DNA of 64,000 nucleotides from Arsenicibacter sp. (GCA_965247375.1 CBDFHU010000025.1:18974-82973), one strand, 5' to 3'. Shown: positions 19,101 through 28,094, counted from the stretch's first letter. The notes: generated by a model from the sequence alone, not told the origin. Numbers and translations: made by a program.

Positions 19101-21511
19101 CGTACAGTCTGATTGTGGCTAATCAGAATTGTACGGCACAATCCAGTGCATTGGTACAGGTAGGAACGGCGGTACCCGTTGCAACACTGAGCACATCAAC
19201 CAGTGTGTTAACCTGCTCATTGCCATCTGCTACGTTATTTGCCAGTGGTGGCGTGAATTACGCATTTTCTCCGATCAACGGCAGTACATTAACCAATACA
19301 ACCGGTACGATTTCCGTTAATCAGCCAGGCACCTATACGGTACGGGTAACCGATGTGTATGGCTGTACTGCTTCGGCCAGTACGTTTGTGATTGCCAATA
19401 ATACCGTTCCGAATGCCACTCTGACGGCTACAAACACGGTCTTTAACTGTACCAACCGAACCAGTACGCTCATTGCAACAGGCGGCGATCTGTATTCATT
19501 CTACAATCCGGCCGGTGTTCTGCTGCAAACCAGCACACTAAATACCTTTGCCCTGAATACGGCCTTGGGTTACACCGGCGGAACTTACAGTGTAGTGGTA
19601 TCGACGGCCAGTGGTTGTACCGCAGCGGCAACGGCAACCATTACCTCCAATAATGCTGTACCAACGGTAGGCCTGACTGTCAGCGGACAAATTACGTGTT
19701 CCCAGCCCAAGGTACAGCTTGCAGTAACGCATACTGAAACCGCGACCAGTTATAAGTTCACCAACGCTAACGTACCGGGTTATGTTGCCTTTGTTTCGCC
19801 GCCAACCAATATTCTGGATGTAACAACCGCCGGATTTTATCAGGTCGAAGTAACATTTGCAAACGGATGTGTGGGCGTAGCGACGGTTCAGGTTGCAGCG
19901 AGTACGTCTGTACCGGGCGTAACTCTGAGTTCAAGCGGGCAACTTTCCTGTTCAAATCCGACGGTGAGACTATCCGCTGTACACAGTGAAGCGGCTACGC
20001 GTTACGAATTTACATCACCATCAGGCGTAACAACATTGGTAACTCCACCACTGAATTCTGTAACTGCGAATACGACGGGAAGCTATTCAGTAAAGGTAGT
20101 TTTCCAGAGTGGGTGTACCGCAACGGCCTCAGTTAATGTTACGCAAAATATTGATAGTCCGACAGTAGCACTCCAGGTAAACGGGCAATTATCATGTGCC
20201 CAGAGTAGAGTAACATTAACGGCTATTCATACCGCAGCAGCCCGGTTATATACATTTCGTGGTCCCGCCGGTTTTTTAGTAAATACAACGAATAATTTTG
20301 TAGAGACGACTGTAGAGGGGAAATACACGGTAGACGTTGCTTTTGTTGGGGGCTGCTCGGCAAGTAGTGAATTAACCGAGGTCAAAAGTTTATCAGGAAC
20401 GCTTTCTGCAATAATCTCCGGTAACACAACGGTTTGTTCCGGCGCAAGCACTATTTTAACGGTTATAACTTCTGATGGTGCTACTGTCCGCTGGTCAACC
20501 GGCGGCGAAACGGCTAGAAGTATCAGCTATCGACCGGGAGGAACTACACCTGTCTCCGTTACAGTGACACAAGGTAGTTGTGTCGCCGTTGCCAGTACTA
20601 CTGTGTTTGTCACTGCTTGCGCCCCGCTTGTACTACTTGCTCCTACGTATAGCTGTAGTTCCGGTCAATTCTTCTTCCGGTCAACAGGAGGTGATGGTAC
20701 TCCGGTTGAATACTCAGCCGTAGGCATATCCGGGTGGACGACAAATGTGGGGCCGTATGTTGTTAAACCATTTGAAGATGCAGGATCGTTTGTTCTACAG
20801 GCAAGAACTACAGCTAATCCGAGTAATGTGATAACGTATATCTGGGACTGGAAAGCGGCTTGCACTTCTACTCCGCCATCCAGCACAACTACCACACCAA
20901 AGACAAGCATAGATACAGAAACCACAGGTAATAGTTGTTCCAGTCCGGCAGAAACCCTCGGGAGTCCGCTGGCACTTCTGACACCAACATACAACTGTCA
21001 GACAGGGGCCGTTCAATTCAGAACGACAGGTGGTACCGGCACAAAGCTGGAATACATGTCAATCGGTATTACCGGCTGGACTACCAACTGCCAGTCGGCG
21101 ATTGATGATCCGGCGATAGTCACCTTAATCCGGAATCAAAGTTCTCAGGTCAGCCCGTATACCTTGCGGGCAAGGCAGGACGGAAATACGGTCACGCTTA
21201 CGTGGGATCCACGCACAGTCTGCGCAGCAGGCGGACGCGAAGGTTCCGGCATTGCGGATTTTGTCAATGTGAAGGTGCTCGGTAACCCGACACTCAGTGA
21301 GGAAGTAGAGGTGGAGCTGGAAAGCACAGGCAAAAATGCGGTCAGCCTGTACCTGACTGATGCGCAGGGCAATGTGCGCTTTGACGAACAGATTCAGAAA
21401 CCGGCACCGGTCGAGCGCAAGACGATCCGGTTGGGCCGTCAGGCCGGCATGTACCTGCTTCTGGTAAAGTCGGGTTCAGCCGTAAAAGTGGTGAAGATTC
21501 TCCGGCAATAA
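16157..21511 (+). CDS. Large T9SS-secreted protein: Ig-like + OB-fold region + degenerate EEP (DNase I-like) domain + Cys-containing Ig-like repeats + CTD
   Basis: Signal peptide; MYIQDKTGGIALF and GLLVKIDSV (OB-type); ELATWN...GIHA...SDYLPV (EEP fold); repeated Y-x-V-x-V-x3-GC-T-A units; two LLxPTYxC..G...GGxG..EY..GI.GWTTN repeats; CTD VKVLGNP...GMYLLLV. Confidence 0.82.
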   Translation: MHRTSIILLYFMILRIKVSLSVITKLGILIGLLFSSYITFAQTTTPNLTLTPTAITGFTTELSKPSAPKAYTLQAANLRDTLRLIASAGYEISPNGSFYSNTLSLPPSTESAIIIVRMTGTGLFTGANNGSINHISTGLLTRTLGLSGTVSAFTGISTIADARMMVVGKEALIQGTVTVNRQFDNGQVMYIQDKTGGIALFVPAANAAIYTQVQTGIQTGNEINVRGILGYQKGAVGLTSISSLSVVNATTALPAPKLITTGQMGDPDNLGLLVKIDSVAITDTRPALVAGTDFTFRDTTNTTGRFRIRTGVNDVINSLKPARRFALTGILDGYDLDDETENGSLGNRLFPRSQRDIEGTTELAVSDGGVPNREQTLELATWNVDSLGAVLQGPVFSGLNDALQRTYAANIIRYLGADVLVLPGVSNPSALTAIAAQVSSVTSKTYVAVCPQSSYYTGENPRVCFLYKSDLFTAPPAVSVVSTSLVTADWDGGRFPVVLTGNAKLNGLTRRINIVGIHAHEGSTITDFSVRQRAASQLKAYLDSRSTEVFLVTGEFGDDMIRSVAAASSPSPYEGLLSGTNSLSAVTRSLSASRLTTSLSADMMTSHVLISDELFANFILGTASTLSPDTIVPDYLPNAADWGMSVSDYLPVMARFSLATPGSLTATLVGTSTICGENTAPLMVNIVGGVAPYQLVINNGTSSTTITNYTSGAKIPLSLTSTTSYSLVSVTDALSITAGTLSGTATVTVIPNVRPVSVTISPASTSYCQGKTVSLSAVVNSGQLPLRYQWNSGEATPVISASATGTYQLTVIDGLGCTGIASMSTTVNTIPDLSTFGASVSALCTATSQATTFTANIGNLAAPASYTLGSPTGTVSGTIVDTGEYAQFMSITRTAVYTLTVGTPQGCTASATQSVSLNATPSIFSFAATPSCAGRPSTFTALVSGLTGGYSYTLTDGSSNIFGTGTAATPFNAVLVPAATSTYSLIVANQNCTAQSSALVQVGTAVPVATLSTSTSVLTCSLPSATLFASGGVNYAFSPINGSTLTNTTGTISVNQPGTYTVRVTDVYGCTASASTFVIANNTVPNATLTATNTVFNCTNRTSTLIATGGDLYSFYNPAGVLLQTSTLNTFALNTALGYTGGTYSVVVSTASGCTAAATATITSNNAVPTVGLTVSGQITCSQPKVQLAVTHTETATSYKFTNANVPGYVAFVSPPTNILDVTTAGFYQVEVTFANGCVGVATVQVAASTSVPGVTLSSSGQLSCSNPTVRLSAVHSEAATRYEFTSPSGVTTLVTPPLNSVTANTTGSYSVKVVFQSGCTATASVNVTQNIDSPTVALQVNGQLSCAQSRVTLTAIHTAAARLYTFRGPAGFLVNTTNNFVETTVEGKYTVDVAFVGGCSASSELTEVKSLSGTLSAIISGNTTVCSGASTILTVITSDGATVRWSTGGETARSISYRPGGTTPVSVTVTQGSCVAVASTTVFVTACAPLVLLAPTYSCSSGQFFFRSTGGDGTPVEYSAVGISGWTTNVGPYVVKPFEDAGSFVLQARTTANPSNVITYIWDWKAACTSTPPSSTTTTPKTSIDTETTGNSCSSPAETLGSPLALLTPTYNCQTGAVQFRTTGGTGTKLEYMSIGITGWTTNCQSAIDDPAIVTLIRNQSSQVSPYTLRARQDGNTVTLTWDPRTVCAAGGREGSGIADFVNVKVLGNPTLSEEVEVELESTGKNAVSLYLTDAQGNVRFDEQIQKPAPVERKTIRLGRQAGMYLLLVKSGSAVKVVKILRQ

Positions 21512-21527
21512 CCGGAATGGTTTACGA

Positions 21528-21561
21528 AAAACCCGGACAGGTTTCAGCCCGTCCGGGTTTT
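21528..21561. terminator. Bidirectional intrinsic terminator
   Basis: AAAACCCGGAC...GTCCGGGTTTT between convergent genes. Confidence 0.8.
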
Positions 21562-21566
21562 GCTTT

Positions 21567-22289
21567 TTACATCAGGGCACCGGCTGCTTCATCTACCCAG
21601 ACATGCGCATTCGGATGTCGCTGAATAATGGTGGCCGGAAAGTCCGTTGACACCGGTGCGGTCAGTGCCTGATGAATAGCCGCTGCCTTCCCCTGTCCGT
21701 TGGCCATTAAAATAACCTCTTTAGCGTCCGTCAGGTGCTGCAAACCAATCGTAATTCCTTTAGTCAGCGGTGTTGGTTTGGTGAAGTACTTCTGCCCGAC
21801 AGTAATCGTTGTTTCGTGCAGGTCAATTACGTGGCAGTAATTGGAAAACGGCGTACCCGGCTCGTTCAGAGCAATGTGTCCGTTCAGGCCGATGCCTACC
21901 AGCAGCAAATCCAGCCCGCCGTGAGCAGCAATGGCTGCATCAATCCGGCGGCATTCAGCCGCTAAATCATCCGCTTTCGCATTGAAATAATGAATCCGTT
22001 CCGCCGGAATGCCGAGCGGAATGAACAGGTCATGGTAAAGGTGGTACGAGCAGCTTCCGTTATCATCCGGTCCCATGCCGACCCATTCGTCGAGGCCGAT
22101 AAACGAACACTGGTTCAGGTTGGCGTGGCCCGTCTGCGCCAGGTCAACCAACTGGTGAAAGGTACCGATGGGCGTAGCGCCGGAAGCCAGGCAAATGAGG
22201 GCGTCCGGTTTACGTTTCAGAAGGGCCGCAATGTGTTCGGCGGCATGTTGCGACAGTTCAGCGTACGTAGGAAAACGACGGAATGACAT
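21567..22289 (-). CDS. nagB: Glucosamine-6-phosphate deaminase family protein
   Basis: LASGATP, GLDEWVG, LVGIGLNGHIALNEPG, GITIG. ATG at 22289. Confidence 0.8.
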   Translation of the reverse strand: MSFRRFPTYAELSQHAAEHIAALLKRKPDALICLASGATPIGTFHQLVDLAQTGHANLNQCSFIGLDEWVGMGPDDNGSCSYHLYHDLFIPLGIPAERIHYFNAKADDLAAECRRIDAAIAAHGGLDLLLVGIGLNGHIALNEPGTPFSNYCHVIDLHETTITVGQKYFTKPTPLTKGITIGLQHLTDAKEVILMANGQGKAAAIHQALTAPVSTDFPATIIQRHPNAHVWVDEAAGALM

Positions 22290-22400
22290 ACAATAAGGGT
22301 TGGAATGAGGATTTGCTATTTCCTCAAAAAAACGAAAAATTGGTAAGCTTATACCCAAAAGCCCGTTATTATTGCGGAATGGAGTAAACAAAACGAGTTT

Positions 22401-23930
22401 ATGCAATCGATCTTACCACTTCCGGTGCAGGGAATAAAACCCGGAACAAGCACCGGCCAGATTTTCTGGCACAACGAATCATCAGAACGAACCATTGAAT
22501 CGTATTCACCGGCCGACGGCCAGCTCATTGCGCGGGTTTATACCTCGACCCGCAGTGATTATGATAAAGTTATAGACACTGCGCAGGCCGCTTTTCAGGA
22601 CTGGCGGCGCTGGCCGGCACCGAAACGCGGTGATATTGTACGACAAATGGGCGATCAGTTCCGGATCTATAAAAAAGAACTGGGAACGCTTGTGAGCTAC
22701 GAAATGGGCAAATCGCTTCAGGAGGGGCTGGGCGAGGTGCAGGAAATTATTGATATCTGCGATTTTGCGGTCGGACTGTCCCGGCAGCTGTACGGCCTGA
22801 CCATGCATTCAGAGCGGCCGGCGCACCGGATGTATGAGCAATGGCATCCGCTGGGTGTAGTCGGGGTAATTTCGGCATTTAATTTTCCGGTGGCGGTCTG
22901 GTCCTGGAATGCCATGATTGCCTGGGTATGCGGAGATGTATGCGTCTGGAAACCGTCGGAGAAAACACCGCTGACGGCACTGGCCTGCCAGCAGATCATC
23001 CAGGATGTATTGCGGAATAACGAAGTGCCGGAAGGCGTCTCCTGTCTTATCAGCGGTGGCCGCGAAACCGGCGAATGGCTGTCCCGTGACCCGAGGGTGG
23101 CACTGGTGTCAGCAACAGGCAGTACGCGCATGGGCAAGGCCGTCGGCAGTGCCGTGGCTGAACGAATGGGCCGCAGCCTGCTGGAGCTGGGCGGCAACAA
23201 CGCCATCATTGTCTCCCAGCATGCCGATATCGATATCGCCATCCCTGCCATTGTGTTCGGTGCAGTCGGAACGGCCGGTCAGCGTTGTACTACCACCCGC
23301 CGGCTGATCATTCACGAAAGTATTTACGAGGAAGTCAAACAGCGGCTGGCGCGTGCCTATCAGCAACTGCGGATCGGTAACCCGCTGGATGAGGTCAACC
23401 ATGTAGGACCATTAATTGATCAGCAGGCGGTGCAGAGCTATCTGGCGGCAGTTGACGAAATCCGGTCGCAGGGAGGTCGCTTTGTGGTGCAGCCGGGTGT
23501 AGTTGACGGTGCGGGCTTCGAGTCCGGCTGTTACGTTAAACCGTGCATTGCCGAAGCTGAAAACCATTGGGCGGTGGTACAGCGTGAAACGTTCGCGCCG
23601 ATTCTGTATGTAATGAAGTACCGGACCCTTGAGGAGGCAATTGCTCTACAAAATGGCGTACCACAAGGACTGTCGTCGTCAATTTTTACCCTGAATATGC
23701 GCGAGGCTGAGCAGTTTCTGTCGGTTGCCGGTTCAGACTGTGGCATTGCCAATGTAAATATTGGTACCTCAGGTGCTGAAATAGGAGGAGCTTTCGGGGG
23801 AGAAAAAGAAACGGGCGGTGGCCGGGAGTCGGGCTCGGATGCCTGGAAAGCGTATATGCGCCGCCAGACCAATACCATCAACTACGGAAACACCCTGCCG
23901 CTGGCACAGGGGATTAAGTTCGACCTGTAG
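22401..23930 (+). CDS. Aldehyde dehydrogenase, ALDH7/antiquitin family (piperideine-6-carboxylate/aminoadipate-semialdehyde dehydrogenase-like)
   Basis: PAPKRGDIVRQ, SAFNFPVAVW, LELGGNNA, GTAGQRCT, ETFAPILY, GGRESGSDAWKAYMRRQT. Confidence 0.9.
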   Translation: MQSILPLPVQGIKPGTSTGQIFWHNESSERTIESYSPADGQLIARVYTSTRSDYDKVIDTAQAAFQDWRRWPAPKRGDIVRQMGDQFRIYKKELGTLVSYEMGKSLQEGLGEVQEIIDICDFAVGLSRQLYGLTMHSERPAHRMYEQWHPLGVVGVISAFNFPVAVWSWNAMIAWVCGDVCVWKPSEKTPLTALACQQIIQDVLRNNEVPEGVSCLISGGRETGEWLSRDPRVALVSATGSTRMGKAVGSAVAERMGRSLLELGGNNAIIVSQHADIDIAIPAIVFGAVGTAGQRCTTTRRLIIHESIYEEVKQRLARAYQQLRIGNPLDEVNHVGPLIDQQAVQSYLAAVDEIRSQGGRFVVQPGVVDGAGFESGCYVKPCIAEAENHWAVVQRETFAPILYVMKYRTLEEAIALQNGVPQGLSSSIFTLNMREAEQFLSVAGSDCGIANVNIGTSGAEIGGAFGGEKETGGGRESGSDAWKAYMRRQTNTINYGNTLPLAQGIKFDL

Positions 23931-23941
23931 AAAATGTAAAC

Positions 23942-24002
23942 TGAATAATGTAAAATGTATGACGGGCTTCTGAATACCGCATTGTACATTTTACATTATT
24001 CA
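23942..24002. repeat. Inverted repeat built from 7-nt AATGTAA units
   Basis: TGAATAATGTAAAATGTA (23942-23959) and its exact complement (23985-24002), 25-nt spacer, plus extra partial units. Confidence 0.85.
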
Positions 24003-24015
24003 TTAACTATTCAGT

Positions 24016-24996
24016 TCAGGACAACCACACCTTAATATGGCCTGCCATTGACTGATTTGGCTCCAGCACCTGTAAGCCCTCGCCGTTATTGAATGCGTTG
24101 ACGTTGGCCGTCAGGGGTTCTATCGCAATGCTGTCGCGGCGGTCTGGTGTATAAACGACCAGATACGGAAAGGACGAATCCTGCCAGACGTGTAAGGATG
24201 TATTGATGGCCGGTGCTTGAAGGACCGTTTCGGCACCGGTTTGTTCAGGCAATACCAGAAAGGCATTATCCAGGCTTTTTTCATAAAGTGAAAGCGGGCC
24301 TGTATACGGAAACGGCTTCCGGCCAACCGGCAACAGATCTTCGTCGAGTGTGATAGAGGTGTCTGTCGGTAGTTCAATGCTCATCCCGTCAACCGGCTCG
24401 TTGTTGAGTGTAAAATACGGGTGCCAGCCAAAGGCCATCGGTGCACGGGTAATGCCGGTATTAGTCGCCCGGAAATCCAGTGAGAACACGAGAGTACCTG
24501 CTTCAGTAAGGCTCAGTGTGTAAGTCATTTCAAGCCGGAACGGAAACGGATAGCCATTCACCTCACCGGTGTAAATATAAGCCAGGGTCAGCGAAGCAGC
24601 CTGTCCGGTAATGGTCTGGCCGACAATTTCAAACGGCTTGGGGTGCACCAGACCGTGAATGGCATTATCGTGGCCATAGTCATTAAACGGCAGGGTATAG
24701 GCCTCACCGTCGAAGCGATAGATACCATATTTGATCCGACTCGGAAACGGAAATAACAAGGCACTCGAATAGGCCTCGTCGGCCCTTAATGCTTCGGGAT
24801 TGTCAGCCACCCGCAGTAGTGAAACCAACCCGTCGGGCTGATCCGGAGTCGGAGCTGAACCGGATTTTTTTAGAACAAGTTTGCGGATTACACCACCGTG
24901 TCCGGGTACAACAATCAGGCCTTCACCGGTTTCTGTATACTGAATGACGTATTCGGTGTAGGCACCGAAGGGTTGTTGAGTAATTGAAAATGCCAT
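24016..24996 (-). CDS. Aldose 1-epimerase family protein
   Basis: LLFPFPSRI, NAIHGLV, YPFPF, FGWHPYF, IAIEPLT. Confidence 0.88.
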   Translation of the reverse strand: MAFSITQQPFGAYTEYVIQYTETGEGLIVVPGHGGVIRKLVLKKSGSAPTPDQPDGLVSLLRVADNPEALRADEAYSSALLFPFPSRIKYGIYRFDGEAYTLPFNDYGHDNAIHGLVHPKPFEIVGQTITGQAASLTLAYIYTGEVNGYPFPFRLEMTYTLSLTEAGTLVFSLDFRATNTGITRAPMAFGWHPYFTLNNEPVDGMSIELPTDTSITLDEDLLPVGRKPFPYTGPLSLYEKSLDNAFLVLPEQTGAETVLQAPAINTSLHVWQDSSFPYLVVYTPDRRDSIAIEPLTANVNAFNNGEGLQVLEPNQSMAGHIKVWLS

Positions 24997-25082
24997 AAAG
25001 CTGTAAATTCTGCGTCGTTATATAGGACACTAAAGTAGAGGAAGTTGTTCAGAAAAACGCAGAAAAGGGCTAAGAAAGGCGA

Positions 25083-25874
25083 TTAAAATTCGCCCTCCAC
25101 ACCGGCGCCAAACAGCGCAAAATCAAACTTTACCGGATCGTCAGGATCAAGTTGCCGAAGCACATCCGTGAGTTCGAGCGCTGCTTTCCAGTCAGATTGC
25201 TCCCTGGTTAACAACCCGAAAGTACGTGCCACCCGCCCGACATGCACATCAATGGGTATAACTAACTGGCGGGGTTTAATGCGCGTCCAGATACCAAAGT
25301 CAACGCCGGCATTATCGTGCCTGACCATCCAGCGGAGGAACATCAGTAAGCGTTTACAGGTTGAGTTGCGGGCCGGTGTGGCAATATGTTTCCGTGTACG
25401 ATCCGGAAAATAGCTGTCATCAAGGTCATAACCGCCGCAGAAGCGGTCATGGAAGAGGATCAGGTGGGGCTCAACGGTTCGTGCATTGCTATCGTCCGGC
25501 AGGAAGGCCTCTTCGAGCGAGTCGTGCTGCTGGTAATATTGCCGGAAAAAGTGCAGGAAATACAGCGCATCCGTTGCATTGAACGTGCGGTGTTTGAAGT
25601 CCAGAAAGCGTTTCAGGTCACTTTCCTGATGATTCCGCACGAAGTCATACGGTGCACCGTCCATGCGTGTAATCAGTTCCTGCGATTTTTTGAGGATAAC
25701 CGGCCGCTGCCCCCATGCCAGAATAGCGGCCCAGAAGCCCATAATCTCAATATCCTGCTTCCGCGTAAACTGATGTGGGATACTGACCGGGTCTTTGTCA
25801 ATGAAAGCAGGCTGGTTGTACTGGATGACTTTCTGATTCAGCAGGCCGATAATTTCGTCGGATACGGGATGCAT
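25083..25874 (-). CDS. TIGR02757 (DUF2400) family protein
   Basis: FIDKDPVSIPH, LAWGQR, CKRLLMFLRWMVR, IPIDVHV, DPDDPVKFDFALFG. Confidence 0.88.
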   Translation of the reverse strand: MHPVSDEIIGLLNQKVIQYNQPAFIDKDPVSIPHQFTRKQDIEIMGFWAAILAWGQRPVILKKSQELITRMDGAPYDFVRNHQESDLKRFLDFKHRTFNATDALYFLHFFRQYYQQHDSLEEAFLPDDSNARTVEPHLILFHDRFCGGYDLDDSYFPDRTRKHIATPARNSTCKRLLMFLRWMVRHDNAGVDFGIWTRIKPRQLVIPIDVHVGRVARTFGLLTREQSDWKAALELTDVLRQLDPDDPVKFDFALFGAGVEGEF

Positions 25875-25876
25875 GC

Positions 25877-26089
25877 TTAATGAGACCGGCCGCCACTGAT
25901 TACCCAGGCAAGACCGCGGGAAATCGTGGAGAAAACGGCAACGATAGCCGAAAAAACGGCGGTAAAAAGAGCAATGAACGGATAGGCAATCGTAAACATA
26001 ACGCTGAACACCTTATACCCGGATGTAGCCATGTATTTTGCATCACGTTCTTTGCGTCGCCGGGCAATTCGTTCTTCTTTAGTTTCCAT
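25877..26089 (-). CDS. Small hypothetical membrane protein (70 aa)
   Basis: Fills the gap in the operon (23 nt and 2 nt spacing). Basic N-terminus plus one long hydrophobic helix. Confidence 0.7.
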   Translation of the reverse strand: METKEERIARRRKERDAKYMATSGYKVFSVMFTIAYPFIALFTAVFSAIVAVFSTISRGLAWVISGGRSH

Positions 26090-26112
26090 AAGCTAATAGG
26101 TCTGAGCGGACA

Positions 26113-27207
26113 TTAAGGGGCCATGTAAGACACCTCAGCCCGAAAACGCTGTTGGTTCGGGGAAAGTTTCTCAAATGCCCTCGCTGAGAGTTTGATGAGA
26201 ATCCGGTCATTAACCCCCGTATCAGGCAGCTTACCGATTACCTTTACCCAAAGCGACGTATTGTTAATATCGTTCCTGACCTGGATCAGCGTACCGGTCG
26301 GGGCCGTGCGGTGAAGCGCAAGGAGCTTCGGCGAGGTATCTGTGGGGTCAATCACATCGGCCATCCCGATTTCGGAAATACGACGGCCTTTCGATGGTAA
26401 GGCGGGTACCGGTGTTTTTTCGGCCGAAATCGTCGGCTCAACCGGCGAGGGCTTGCCGAGTGCAGGTTTGGACGATTCCGGTTTGGTCGTTACCGCTTTG
26501 CCGGGTTCCGGCTTCGGAGCGTCGGTTTTCGGGGTTTCCGTCTTTACGGGCTCCGGTCTGGCTGGTTCAGATTTTGCCGCCTCCGGCTTCGGTACTGCCG
26601 GTTTTACCACTGTTTCCGCTGGTGCTGACGCATGCCGCGCCGCAAAGGCTTTTTCCGACACAATCAGTTCCTGACCTGCTTTCAGATTGTCATTGCTGAG
26701 GTTATTCCAGGTCCGGATTTCAGACTGTAGCACACCATACCGGACAGCCAGGCTATACAGTGTCTGCCCGGCTTCTACAATATGAATGCCCGGCGTTTTC
26801 GGGAATGATTTTTCAATGCGCTGAGCCGCTTTTGCATCCAGGTCTGCCTGCTCTTTTGCATTTTTTGGTTTAGGTTCCGGTTTGTAGAGACCAGATTCGT
26901 CAATTTTATCAGCCGATGCTGCTTTTGACTCTTTCCGGACAGAAATGGCCGTCGGAATCCGGATCACCTGATTAAACTGCAGGCCGGCACCAAGCGTTGG
27001 GTTAGCACTCTGGATGGTCTCAACCGAACTGTTATAGCGGCGGGCAATGCCGTACAGGGTTTGTCCGTCTTCGACACGGTGCAGGATAAACACCTTACCA
27101 TCTTTCTTTTCAATACCGATTGAGTCAGCAGGAAAACGGCCTGCCTGACTTTGGTACCAGGTCAGAAAAAGGAGACCTAACAACCGGAATGTTAATTTTT
27201 TATTCAT
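26113..27207 (-). CDS. LysM x2 + RlpA-like DPBB domain peptidoglycan-binding protein
   Basis: Signal peptide; HRVEDGQTLYGIARRY and HIVEAGQTLYSLAVRY (LysM); P/K/E-rich linker; ALHRTAPTGTLIQVRN...VKVIGKLP...IKLS (DPBB). Confidence 0.85.
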   Translation of the reverse strand: MNKKLTFRLLGLLFLTWYQSQAGRFPADSIGIEKKDGKVFILHRVEDGQTLYGIARRYNSSVETIQSANPTLGAGLQFNQVIRIPTAISVRKESKAASADKIDESGLYKPEPKPKNAKEQADLDAKAAQRIEKSFPKTPGIHIVEAGQTLYSLAVRYGVLQSEIRTWNNLSNDNLKAGQELIVSEKAFAARHASAPAETVVKPAVPKPEAAKSEPARPEPVKTETPKTDAPKPEPGKAVTTKPESSKPALGKPSPVEPTISAEKTPVPALPSKGRRISEIGMADVIDPTDTSPKLLALHRTAPTGTLIQVRNDINNTSLWVKVIGKLPDTGVNDRILIKLSARAFEKLSPNQQRFRAEVSYMAP

Positions 27208-27313
27208 GGGTAGCGGGTAAACAAAGTGTAAAAATAGGGATAAAACCGTTTTTTTGCCCTAAAAACAGCGGGAGATCCCGAAAGATACCCGCCTGTATAA
27301 CGAAATAACCAGG

Positions 27314-28066
27314 ATGAACTATATTGGCATTATACCGGCACGGTACGGATCGACACGATTTCCGGGGAAGGCTTTAGTAGATATTAACGGCAAGACCATG
27401 GTACAGCGCGTGTATGAACAGGCGCTGAAGACATCGTCACTCAGTCGGGTAGTGGTTGCTACCGACGACGACCGGATTTTTTTACATGTGCAAGGGTTTG
27501 GCGGTGAGGTGGTTATGACGTCAACCGAACATCAGAGCGGAACGGATCGCTGTCAGGAAGCTATGGAAATTCTGGGTGATGAAACGGCCGGTGTCGATTA
27601 TGTGGTCAATATCCAGGGCGACGAGCCGTTTATTCTGCCGCAGCAGATTAATCTGCTGACCTCGATTCTGGACGGTGCCACGGAACTGGCAACACTGGTG
27701 AAACAGATCCATGACGAACAAACGTTATTCGACCCGAATTCACCGAAGGTGGTGGTGAGCCGGTTCGGCGACCCGGTTATGCGGGAAGCCTTGTATTTCA
27801 GCCGGCAACCAATCCCGTATCAGCGAAATCATGAACCTACCCGGTGGCTGGACAACCATGTTTATTACAAACACATTGGCCTGTATGCCTACCGCAAAGA
27901 CGTATTGGCCGGCATTACCCGGCTGGCACCGTCGTCGCTTGAACGGGCCGAGGCACTGGAGCAACTCAGATGGATTGAAAACGGGTACCGCATCCGGATT
28001 ATCGAGACGGAGCTGGAAAGCCACGGTATTGATACACCCGGTGATCTGCAACGGGTGGTAGGGTAA
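27314..28066 (+). CDS. kdsB: 3-deoxy-manno-octulosonate cytidylyltransferase
   Basis: IIPARYGSTRFPGKAL, HQSGTDR, VNIQGDEP, ALYFSR, KHIGLYAY, EALEQLRW. Confidence 0.95.
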   Translation: MNYIGIIPARYGSTRFPGKALVDINGKTMVQRVYEQALKTSSLSRVVVATDDDRIFLHVQGFGGEVVMTSTEHQSGTDRCQEAMEILGDETAGVDYVVNIQGDEPFILPQQINLLTSILDGATELATLVKQIHDEQTLFDPNSPKVVVSRFGDPVMREALYFSRQPIPYQRNHEPTRWLDNHVYYKHIGLYAYRKDVLAGITRLAPSSLERAEALEQLRWIENGYRIRIIETELESHGIDTPGDLQRVVG

Positions 28067-28094
28067 AACCGGCACCGGAGCGTGTTTACCGTGT

